Shown here: positions 7,390-13,518 of the stretch, piece by piece
Layout of the letters: the number at the start of each line of letters is the position of its first letter
Position numbering within the stretch: the first letter of the stretch is position 1
From: Chloroflexota bacterium
GTDB lineage: Bacteria; Chloroflexota; Anaerolineae; B4-G1; SLSP01
Direction of reading: 5' to 3'
Length of the DNA stretch: 32,496 nt
NCBI GenBank assembly: GCA_009908585.1
Contig: JAAAOZ010000004.1
Coordinates: 1 to 32,496 of the forward strand
Made by a program: the position numbers and the translations under genes
The notes under the pieces: generated by a model
Databases searched by the model: none
What the model was told of the DNA's origin: nothing
The model's input: the letters and a program-made list of their open reading frames with translations, nothing else

Positions 7390-7695
7390 ATGCCATATCT
7401 GAGAATTTACATCGGCGACGACGACGCCGACATCATGGAAATCTGGGACGGCTTGCCACCAAACGGGAAGAGCGCCTGGGTGAAAGACGCCATCCGAGAG
7501 AAAGCAGATCGAGAGAAATTAGGCGCAAGCGACGAGGAAGTGGTAACGCAAATTTTGACCGCTGAGGATCTGCGCGCGGTCATTCGCGAGGAGTTGGCCG
7601 GACTACAAATCGCAACGACGAAAGCGCAGGATGAGAGCGAATCGGAAGTCTCGGAGGATCGGGACGCCGCTAACAAGATTTTAGGGATGTTTTGA
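7390..7695 (+). CDS. small acidic protein with RHH-like N-terminus; possible ParR-like adaptor
   Basis: Lies directly downstream of the ParM-like gene. LRIYIG (strand) followed by DADIMEIWDGL and KSAWVKDAIREK (helices). Confidence 0.65.
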   Translation: MPYLRIYIGDDDADIMEIWDGLPPNGKSAWVKDAIREKADREKLGASDEEVVTQILTAEDLRAVIREELAGLQIATTKAQDESESEVSEDRDAANKILGMF

Positions 7696-7704
7696 GGTGA
7701 GGAA

Positions 7705-7877
7705 ATGACCGAGAAAAAGACCCCATACACAACCAGAATGAATCCGAATCAAGGTGAGGAGCGTGCTATTTCCCAGGAAATACCGCGCCGGATGCCAGAA
7801 AGCAAGTGGGAGATGATAGTCAAGATCGCACGCTGGCTTTCTCGCCAGCAAACCGAAACGAGGGAGGATACCGCATG
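7705..7877 (+). CDS. 57-aa hypothetical protein
   Basis: ATG at 7705 behind GAGGTGAGGA. Ends in an ATGA overlap with the next gene. Below the ORF-track cutoff. Contains the ATTTCCCAGGAAAT site. Confidence 0.4.
7768..7781. promoter_or_regulatory. palindromic site ATTTCC-CA-GGAAAT (copy 2 of 4)
   Basis: Shares 17 nt (atttcccaggaaatacc) with the copy at 19314-19330. Confidence 0.4.
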
Positions 7878-8279
7878 ATCGCCGCTTTATTGATCGCCGC
7901 TTTATTGATTGCCGTTGTGTTCTTGAGCTACCTGCTGGTCCAAAGCAGCGCCACCGCCGAGCAAGCCACGGAGGCCGCCGTGCTGATGGCACGCCAGAGT
8001 CAAGGAGATCAAGTCATCATTATGAGCTTGTTGGCCTTGCTATCCTTGGCCGTGATCGTCATCCTAATCATGGCCTGGAGGTTGCGCAGTAAGAAGCAAG
8101 CAACCCCAGAACGCCCGACGCGCATCTTCTCCGGAAAACAGAACCGCGCCGGGATACAACAGCAGAACGCCGATCCCATGCAGTCGTTGATCCAGTTGGA
8201 GGTGATGCGCTACCTCCGCGAACGCCCGCAACCGCGCGCCCTCCCCCACGAAAACGAAACCGAGGACTGGCCCTGGTGA
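7875..8279 (+). CDS. membrane protein (134 aa, two hydrophobic segments)
   Basis: ATG at 7875 behind GGGAGGA. IAALLIAALLIAVVFLSYLLV and IIMSLLALLSLAVIVILIMAW. Confidence 0.65.
   Translation: MIAALLIAALLIAVVFLSYLLVQSSATAEQATEAAVLMARQSQGDQVIIMSLLALLSLAVIVILIMAWRLRSKKQATPERPTRIFSGKQNRAGIQQQNADPMQSLIQLEVMRYLRERPQPRALPHENETEDWPW
7878..7916 (+). repeat. 15-bp tandem repeat (about 2.6 copies) encoding IAALL-IAALL-IAV
   Basis: atcgccgctttattg occurs at 7878-7892 and 7893-7907, with a partial third copy. Confidence 0.8.
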
Positions 8280-9385
8280 CGACGCGAGAGCGACGCACGA
8301 AGGCCGGCCTTTTGATCGGCCTGATACTCATAATCAGCCTGGCCTGCGCAGACCAGAGTGCCATGACAACGCAGGCCATCGCGCCGGTCGTCACGTCATC
8401 AGCCCTCCAACCAACAATTGAGGCCATGGAGGTGCAGCGATACGCTGACGGCATTCGCGCCGAGAACAACGCCCGCGACGCCCAGGCGACCATCACGGCC
8501 CTGGGAGCACAGGCAACCGCCACAGCCTCGGCCATCGATGCACAATACACCGCCGTGGCCAGCGCCGCCACCCTCACAGCGGCAGCGCATCAGTCAACCG
8601 CCACCGCCGAGGCACAACGGCGCGTCGATCAGGAAGCGCGCCTCCATGCGACCGCCACAGCAGAAACCAAACAGATCGCAGCCACCGCCACGGCCCAGAT
8701 CGCCAACGCCAACGCCACCGCCACCAGCACCGCCGGCCGCGCGACCTCTACAGTCGAGGCCGCCAACTGGAGCCATAACGCCACCGCGACCGTTGCGGCT
8801 TGGAGCATCCAGGCCACCGCCACCGTAGAAGCCCACAACGCCTGGATCACCATCCAGGCCGCCGAGGCGCGCCGCGCCGAACTCGACCTGCACAGGGAGG
8901 AGACCATCGCCCCCTTGCGCACCTACGGGCCATGGATCGCCGGGTCGGCTTTCATGATCCTTATCATTGCCGTGATCGCCGGCGTCGTTACGTCATTTTT
9001 GAAAGTTTACGAAATTCAGAACTCGGCCATCCAACGGGACGAGCGCGGAGACGCCCCCCTGCTCCTGATTGATCCAAAACGCGGATGGCAGATCGCCGAT
9101 CCCGATCTTGCCCAGTGGCCCATCCTGACCGGCGCAGAGTCGCAACCCCGCGCCGACGAGGAAACCCAGGCCGCGATCAAGCGACGCGACCAGATGCTCG
9201 ACATCGGCACACGCGGAAGTACTGGCCGGCGCGCACGCGGGAGCGCACGCCAGACGGCCATCCAGGAGATGTCGCGCACCCCAGGATTCCAGGTTTTAAA
9301 GCGCGGCACAGCGCCCCCCCAAGCCCTGATCGATAGAAAGACAATGCTGGCCCTTGAGGACCAGTGGAAAGAGGAGAAAAGATGA
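8276..9385 (+). CDS. membrane-anchored Ala/Thr-rich protein (369 aa), possible signal or lipoprotein N-terminus
   Basis: GTG start in a GTGA overlap. N-terminus LLIGLILIISLAC. Long ATATA-type low-complexity region. Second TM segment WIAGSAFMILIIAVIAGVVTSF. Confidence 0.7.
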   Translation: MTTRERRTKAGLLIGLILIISLACADQSAMTTQAIAPVVTSSALQPTIEAMEVQRYADGIRAENNARDAQATITALGAQATATASAIDAQYTAVASAATLTAAAHQSTATAEAQRRVDQEARLHATATAETKQIAATATAQIANANATATSTAGRATSTVEAANWSHNATATVAAWSIQATATVEAHNAWITIQAAEARRAELDLHREETIAPLRTYGPWIAGSAFMILIIAVIAGVVTSFLKVYEIQNSAIQRDERGDAPLLLIDPKRGWQIADPDLAQWPILTGAESQPRADEETQAAIKRRDQMLDIGTRGSTGRRARGSARQTAIQEMSRTPGFQVLKRGTAPPQALIDRKTMLALEDQWKEEKR

Positions 9386-9582
9386 GCATCTATTTCTACA
9401 TTCTCATTCTTGATTATTTTTTCGGAGCCATCGCCGTCTTGCTATCGATGACCGTTTTTTCGAGAAATGACACGGATCGTAGCTCGGTATATATTGTAAC
9501 CGTCACTGTCATGTGGCCTATATTTGGGTTGCTGTGGGTGTTATTTACGTCATATTTTGCAATTAGTGAGGCTGAAAATTGA
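9382..9582 (+). CDS. small two-TM membrane protein (66 aa), visibly AT-richer than its neighbours
   Basis: ATGA overlap. YFYILILDYFFGAIAVLLSMTVF and VMWPIFGLLWVLFTSYFAI. Confidence 0.65.
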   Translation: MSIYFYILILDYFFGAIAVLLSMTVFSRNDTDRSSVYIVTVTVMWPIFGLLWVLFTSYFAISEAEN

Positions 9583-9640
9583 CAGGAGGAATGTCACTAT
9601 TGAAACGTGTCATTCGACACATCCATTCCTCATGATTGTT
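9574..9640 (+). repeat. structured direct repeat, copy A
   Basis: Starts at the last codons and stop of the upstream gene. Outer stem 9586-9593/9624-9631, inner hairpin GTGTC-ATTC-GACAC at 9607-9620. Homologous to 10982-11045. Confidence 0.75.
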
Positions 9641-9649
9641 TGGTATCAT
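9641..9649 (+). promoter_or_regulatory. extended -10 promoter TGgTATCAT
   Basis: Identical 9-mer to the one at 4131-4139, located 47 nt upstream of the RBS-backed start at 9696. Confidence 0.4.
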
Positions 9650-9695
9650 GAGGATAGTTAAGGATAAGAAACCGAACACCAAAATGGAGGAAGAC

Positions 9696-10991
9696 ATGAC
9701 GCAGCTAACGGCAAAAGTTCAGGCGATCACCACCACGCCAGAAGAGCGCGCGACGCAGCACATCGCCGCGCGCCTCTGGCGCTTTCTCCAGCAGCGTAAC
9801 CACGTGCCGGAAGTCCCGACGCGCCCGGCATTTTACGCTTGCCCACTACCGGATCGCGCCCTCATGGTCTTTGATCTGGAGGCCGGCCGCGATCTTGAGC
9901 GATTGCTAACCAGAAAGGAGCAGGCCAGCCTGGAACGCGTGCTCGGCGGCCGGCCCGTCTTGGCCTACGATCATGGCGGGCTATACCTGCAAATAGCCTA
10001 CCGCCCCGCGCCACCCCCCACGCCCCCACAATCCAAACCCCTGGACCTCACAAGGCAACCCTCCCCCCTGGCCCTACCTTGCGGTGAGACGAAAAACGGC
10101 CCGCTTTGGCTACCACTTGCCGACGCAGACAGTATCCTGGTGGCCGGCGCCCGCCAGATGGGCAAAACGACCCTCCTCCATGCCTGGATTCAAGCTCTCA
10201 TCGCGGGAGAAAAAGCCCACCTTACGCTTTGGGATGGCAAGGCCGGGTCGGAGTTCGCGCGCTACGAAAGCCAACGCGCCACTCACGCCACGCAGATCGA
10301 GGATGCCCTGGCGCGCATCACGGAGACGATGCACGCCAGGCAGGATGCATATAAGACGTCTGGAGCACGAAACTTCCGCGACCACGCCAAGATCACCGGC
10401 GACGAGACCACGCCGGAAGTGATCATCGTAGATGAGGCCATCGAACTGCCCGACACCGCGATGGAGGCATTCGAGCACCTCATCCGGCTTGGTGGCGGCT
10501 ATGCGATTCACCCCATCCTCGGTACGCAACACCCCAGCGCTGGCACCGTCACGTCGTTGGTCCGCGCCAACCTCAAAACGCGGATCGCCCTGCCCGTTGC
10601 GACCGCCAGAGAGAGCGTCGCAATTCTCGGGCATGGCGGAGCAGAGAAACTGCCCAAGCAGCCCGGCCATCTATTGATAGAATGGAGAGGGGAAATGATA
10701 CAGGCAGTAAGCAATCAAGTCGACGTGCCGGCCCCCACGCCCACCGCCGCGCCGCTCATTACGCAACCAGAGCGCCGCCTGGCCGAGATCGCCATCCGCG
10801 AACTTGGTGGATGGTTTCACATCGTCCCACTCTCTGAGGAATCAGGGGAAAGCAAGGATTTTGTGAACGATCTCGCCAAGAGATGGCAGGCCATGGGACT
10901 TCTAACCGAAGTCCAGCGCGACGAGCATGGCTATATTTGCGGTCGAGAGGTGAAACCACGCCTCAGAGAGATAGTAGAGGCGAAAAACTGA
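9696..10991 (+). CDS. FtsK/SpoIIIE-family DNA-translocase-like ATPase with C-terminal winged-helix-like domain
   Basis: Walker A GARQMGKTT and Walker B VIIVDEA. GTQHPSAGTVTSLVRANLKTRIALPVATARESVAILG matches the FtsK motor signature (TQRPS...N...RIA). Start at 9696 behind GGAGGAAG. No TM segment. Confidence 0.85.
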   Translation: MTQLTAKVQAITTTPEERATQHIAARLWRFLQQRNHVPEVPTRPAFYACPLPDRALMVFDLEAGRDLERLLTRKEQASLERVLGGRPVLAYDHGGLYLQIAYRPAPPPTPPQSKPLDLTRQPSPLALPCGETKNGPLWLPLADADSILVAGARQMGKTTLLHAWIQALIAGEKAHLTLWDGKAGSEFARYESQRATHATQIEDALARITETMHARQDAYKTSGARNFRDHAKITGDETTPEVIIVDEAIELPDTAMEAFEHLIRLGGGYAIHPILGTQHPSAGTVTSLVRANLKTRIALPVATARESVAILGHGGAEKLPKQPGHLLIEWRGEMIQAVSNQVDVPAPTPTAAPLITQPERRLAEIAIRELGGWFHIVPLSEESGESKDFVNDLAKRWQAMGLLTEVQRDEHGYICGREVKPRLREIVEAKN

Positions 10992-11045
10992 CAGGAAGAA
11001 TGTCACGCCGGAAACGTGTCACATGACACATCCATTCTCATTAAG
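10982..11045 (+). repeat. structured direct repeat, copy B
   Basis: Again begins at the last codons and stop of the upstream gene. Outer stem 10997-11002/11033-11038, inner hairpin GTGTC-ACAT-GACAC at 11016-11029. Confidence 0.75.
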
Positions 11046-11084
11046 ATACATTAAATGAAAATCAAGCATCAGAAAAGGAGCATC

Positions 11085-11228
11085 ATGAGCAAGATCAAGC
11101 AGGTATTGAAGAAAGTCGCAAGAGCTATCAACCCCACAGCACCGCGCCGTATCAATACATCGCGTATTCCGATTGATCACGCCGTCAAGAAAGTCGGTAA
11201 GATCGGCGCGCCGAAGGGGAGATCATGA
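11085..11228 (+). CDS. 47-aa basic micro-protein
   Basis: AAAAGGAGC RBS. ATGA overlap with the HAD gene. Below the ORF-track cutoff. Confidence 0.5.
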   Translation: MSKIKQVLKKVARAINPTAPRRINTSRIPIDHAVKKVGKIGAPKGRS

Positions 11229-11794
11229 ACCACAAAAATCGGAAGCTCTTCATATTTGACCTTGATGGCACCCTGATTGAGCGCGTCCAGGAACCCGACG
11301 GAGGAACGCGCCCGGCCAACACGCCGGACGAGGTGAAGCTTCTACCTGGCGTCAAGAAGAAAATAGCAGAACTGCGCGAACAGAGGCATATTGTCGCCAT
11401 CGCGACAAATCAAGGCGGCGTCGCTTGGGGATTCACGACAGAAGAGAATGTTTGGAGCGTGTTAAACGAGGTGGACAAGCAGTGCGGTCGTCAGTTTTGC
11501 TCCCGAAAAGCTTGTTTTTACGATCCCAGCGCAAGACATGGTTTACTAGACACGCGGCCAGAATACGCAAGTCACACCATCTTCCGCAAGCCATGGCCCG
11601 GAATGCTCTTTCAAATTATGATGGAGTTAGATTTTGACCAGGACGACGTGTTTTACATCGGCGACCAACCAAGCGACCTTGAGACCGCGAACCGCGCCGG
11701 CGTGAAGTTCCGCAACGCGGAATTCTTCTTTAAGCCAACACCCCCTGACGCCGGAATAGGCAGAAGAGGAGAACAGGCAGAACAGGAGGAATAG
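11225..11794 (+). CDS. HAD-IIIA phosphatase (GmhB / polynucleotide 3'-phosphatase-like)
   Basis: Motif I FDLDGTL, motif II IATNQGG, RKPWPGM, motif IV YIGDQPSDLETANRAGV. Confidence 0.85.
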   Translation: MNHKNRKLFIFDLDGTLIERVQEPDGGTRPANTPDEVKLLPGVKKKIAELREQRHIVAIATNQGGVAWGFTTEENVWSVLNEVDKQCGRQFCSRKACFYDPSARHGLLDTRPEYASHTIFRKPWPGMLFQIMMELDFDQDDVFYIGDQPSDLETANRAGVKFRNAEFFFKPTPPDAGIGRRGEQAEQEE

Positions 11795-11811
11795 GGAAAA
11801 AACTAAACTAT

Positions 11812-11841
11812 TTGACAATACCAGCAAGCCTGTGCTATACT
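11812..11841 (+). promoter_or_regulatory. near-consensus sigma70-type promoter (late operon)
   Basis: TTGACA at 11812-11817, 18-nt spacer, TG at 11833-11834, TATACT at 11836-11841, with an A-rich upstream tract. Confidence 0.65.
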
Positions 11842-11859
11842 GACATGTAACACAGGCTT
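11826..11859. promoter_or_regulatory. 9-bp inverted repeat AAGCCTGTG/CACAGGCTT bracketing the -10 and start site (operator-like)
   Basis: Arms at 11826-11834 and 11851-11859, both perfect. Confidence 0.5.
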
Positions 11860-11872
11860 GACCGAGCCATAA

Positions 11873-11915
11873 GGCCGGAGCACTGCGAAAGCAGTCGCTC
11901 CGGCCTTTTTTGTTT
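11873..11915 (+). terminator. strong intrinsic terminator between the late promoter and the first late gene
   Basis: GGCCGGAGCACTGC-GAAA-GCAGT(C)GCTCCGGCC followed by TTTTTTGTTTT. 14 bp of stem with a GNRA loop. Confidence 0.8.
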
Positions 11916-11935
11916 TCCAAACAAAGGAGCAACAC

Positions 11936-13027
11936 ATGCCAAAAAACGCGCAACGCGACGGTCGAAACGCGCAAATCTACACCACACAACTCGACGGGAA
12001 CCAAGTCGCGCGCAAGGCCCTGGCCGGAGAGCCAATCCTGGTGTACCCCAAGGGCACCCACCATCGCGAGATGTGGGGAGGAAAAATCAAAACGTGGGAG
12101 GTCGACGACGACATCATCACCGACCTGGTGGAGAATTACACCCACCGCCTGGAGCGCGGCATCCGCCAGGGACTACTACCCGTGAACGAAGACCACAACG
12201 GGAGTCGCGCCCTGGGTTATTTTGACCAGGTCGCCGCCACGCCGGAAGGCTTGGCCGCCTCGTTTACGTGGAACCCCAAAGGCCGCGAAGCCCTGGAAAA
12301 CGGGGAGTTCGCATACTTTTCCCTGGAAATATACGATGAGATGGTAGATCGCGTTACCGGCGAAACGGTCAAAAACCAGATCTCCGGCGGCGCTTTGACG
12401 AATTACCCATTTTTTGGAGAGGCCGCCGCATTGATGAGCCGCTCCGCACAATCAAAGGAGGCACCTATGCCGACCGAAGTGCAGCACCAAGACGCACCGC
12501 AGGACGTCGCCTGGTACAGAGGCCTGGTCGACAAATTGACCGGCCAATTCACCACCGGCGCCCCCGCGCAGAACGGCTCGCCGATCCAAGACCGCAAAGG
12601 CGAGGATCTGCGCGCCGAATTTGACCGTCGCATCCAGGAGATCGAAACGCAGATGGAGAGTCGCATCGCGGACGTAGAAAGCGAGCGCGACGCTTACGCA
12701 CGTCAGATCGATGACCTGCGTGGCCAGCTTTCCCAGACCGAAGACGCGAGAGGTTCTCCCGCATGGCCGCCGGCTTTTCCCACGTCCCCGCCAAAACCTC
12801 CGACCTGGCTGAGCATCTCCGCTGGTTGCATGGGATCGACAGCGACGGCGAGCACGCGGCCTTCTTCACCCGCATGCTCTCGAAGACCGACGACGCCTTC
12901 AGAGAACAATTCAAGGCCAAGCAACTCCGCCACGATCACAGCCTGGACTCCGCAGAGAACCGCATCCACGCCCTCGCCGCTCAATACGAGGCCGAGCACC
13001 CCGACACAAATTACACACAGGCATTGA
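11936..13027 (+). CDS. Mu-I-like prohead protease / scaffold; reading frame appears broken near 12715-12765
   Basis: PVNEDHN, LGYFDQV...GLAASFTWNP, FAYFSLEI and GALTNYPFF match the Mu-like protease family pattern, followed by a coiled-coil. After about 12745 this frame gives a Pro/Ser/Thr-rich tail typical of out-of-frame reading. Confidence 0.75.
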   Translation: MPKNAQRDGRNAQIYTTQLDGNQVARKALAGEPILVYPKGTHHREMWGGKIKTWEVDDDIITDLVENYTHRLERGIRQGLLPVNEDHNGSRALGYFDQVAATPEGLAASFTWNPKGREALENGEFAYFSLEIYDEMVDRVTGETVKNQISGGALTNYPFFGEAAALMSRSAQSKEAPMPTEVQHQDAPQDVAWYRGLVDKLTGQFTTGAPAQNGSPIQDRKGEDLRAEFDRRIQEIETQMESRIADVESERDAYARQIDDLRGQLSQTEDARGSPAWPPAFPTSPPKPPTWLSISAGCMGSTATASTRPSSPACSRRPTTPSENNSRPSNSATITAWTPQRTASTPSPLNTRPSTPTQITHRH

Positions 13028-13101
13028 GTAAGGTCCTGGCCGATCATCCAGACCTGGCCCAGGCTTATCAGCAGGAGGTGCAAGATGAACGCCGTTCCTA
13101 A
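12763..13101 (+). CDS. scaffold C-terminal region in the -1 frame (separate start or frameshift continuation)
   Basis: This frame is open from 12715. It gives a protein-like helical sequence (FSHVPAKTSDLAEHLRWLH...AQAYQQEVQ). ATG at 12763 lies 9 nt after GAGAGG. Confidence 0.5.
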   Translation: MAAGFSHVPAKTSDLAEHLRWLHGIDSDGEHAAFFTRMLSKTDDAFREQFKAKQLRHDHSLDSAENRIHALAAQYEAEHPDTNYTQALSKVLADHPDLAQAYQQEVQDERRS

Positions 13102-13477
13102 CATGGCAATTTACGCAGAAACCCTCCCCGCCGGCGAAGACCTCTCGGAGGCGCAGTACCGCTTTGTGAAGCGCGACGACGACACTTACGTGGCCATCAC
13201 GGCCAACACCGACCAACCCGACGGCGTTCTCCAGAACGAACCGGACGTCGGTGAGCCATGTCATGTCATTGCGTTTGGCGGAAGCAAACTGGCCGCCAGC
13301 GAGGCCCTGGTCGTAGGCAACATGGTAGGTCCTTCGGCTAACGGACGCGCCGAGGTCCGGACCCAAGACCAGACCAACACCCTCTACATCGCGGCCCGCA
13401 TTCGCAGCGCGGTAAGCAACGCTAACGAGATCGCCGCCGCTCTGGTCAACTGCATCACGCCGACGATGGGCGTCTAA
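13085..13477 (+). CDS. DUF2190-like head protein (decoration/cement-type), 130 aa
   Basis: Size and position between protease/scaffold and major capsid. AGGAGG RBS 7 nt upstream. Confidence 0.7.
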   Translation: MNAVPNMAIYAETLPAGEDLSEAQYRFVKRDDDTYVAITANTDQPDGVLQNEPDVGEPCHVIAFGGSKLAASEALVVGNMVGPSANGRAEVRTQDQTNTLYIAARIRSAVSNANEIAAALVNCITPTMGV

Positions 13478-13518
13478 CCAATCAGTAGCTAAATCAGCAG
13501 CTAAAAAGGAGTAGAAAA

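Noticed and set aside
7792-7877. 28-aa ORF starting at ATG 7792
   Set aside because: It is in frame with, and contained in, the better-supported 57-aa ORF from 7705, which has a proper RBS.
8068-8922. Several alternative-frame ORFs (+ and -) of 97-169 aa inside the 8276-9385 gene
   Set aside because: They arise from GCC/ACC-rich low-complexity coding sequence and give Pro/Gly/Arg strings with no starts backed by an RBS.
9579-9584. TTGACA at the start of repeat copy A as a -35 box
   Set aside because: No -10 hexamer lies at 16-19 nt spacing, and copy B has CTGACA. The word more likely belongs to the repeat's TGACA/TGTCA inverted words.
10110-10670. 186-aa minus-strand ORF
   Set aside because: It runs antisense to the motif-supported FtsK-like gene and has no RBS.
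9696-10991. FtsK-like ATPase as the missing terminase large subunit
   Set aside because: The motifs are those of the FtsK/SpoIIIE motor (TQxPS, RIA) rather than a terminase ATPase. There is no RNaseH-like nuclease domain, and the gene lies outside the late operon behind its own promoter.
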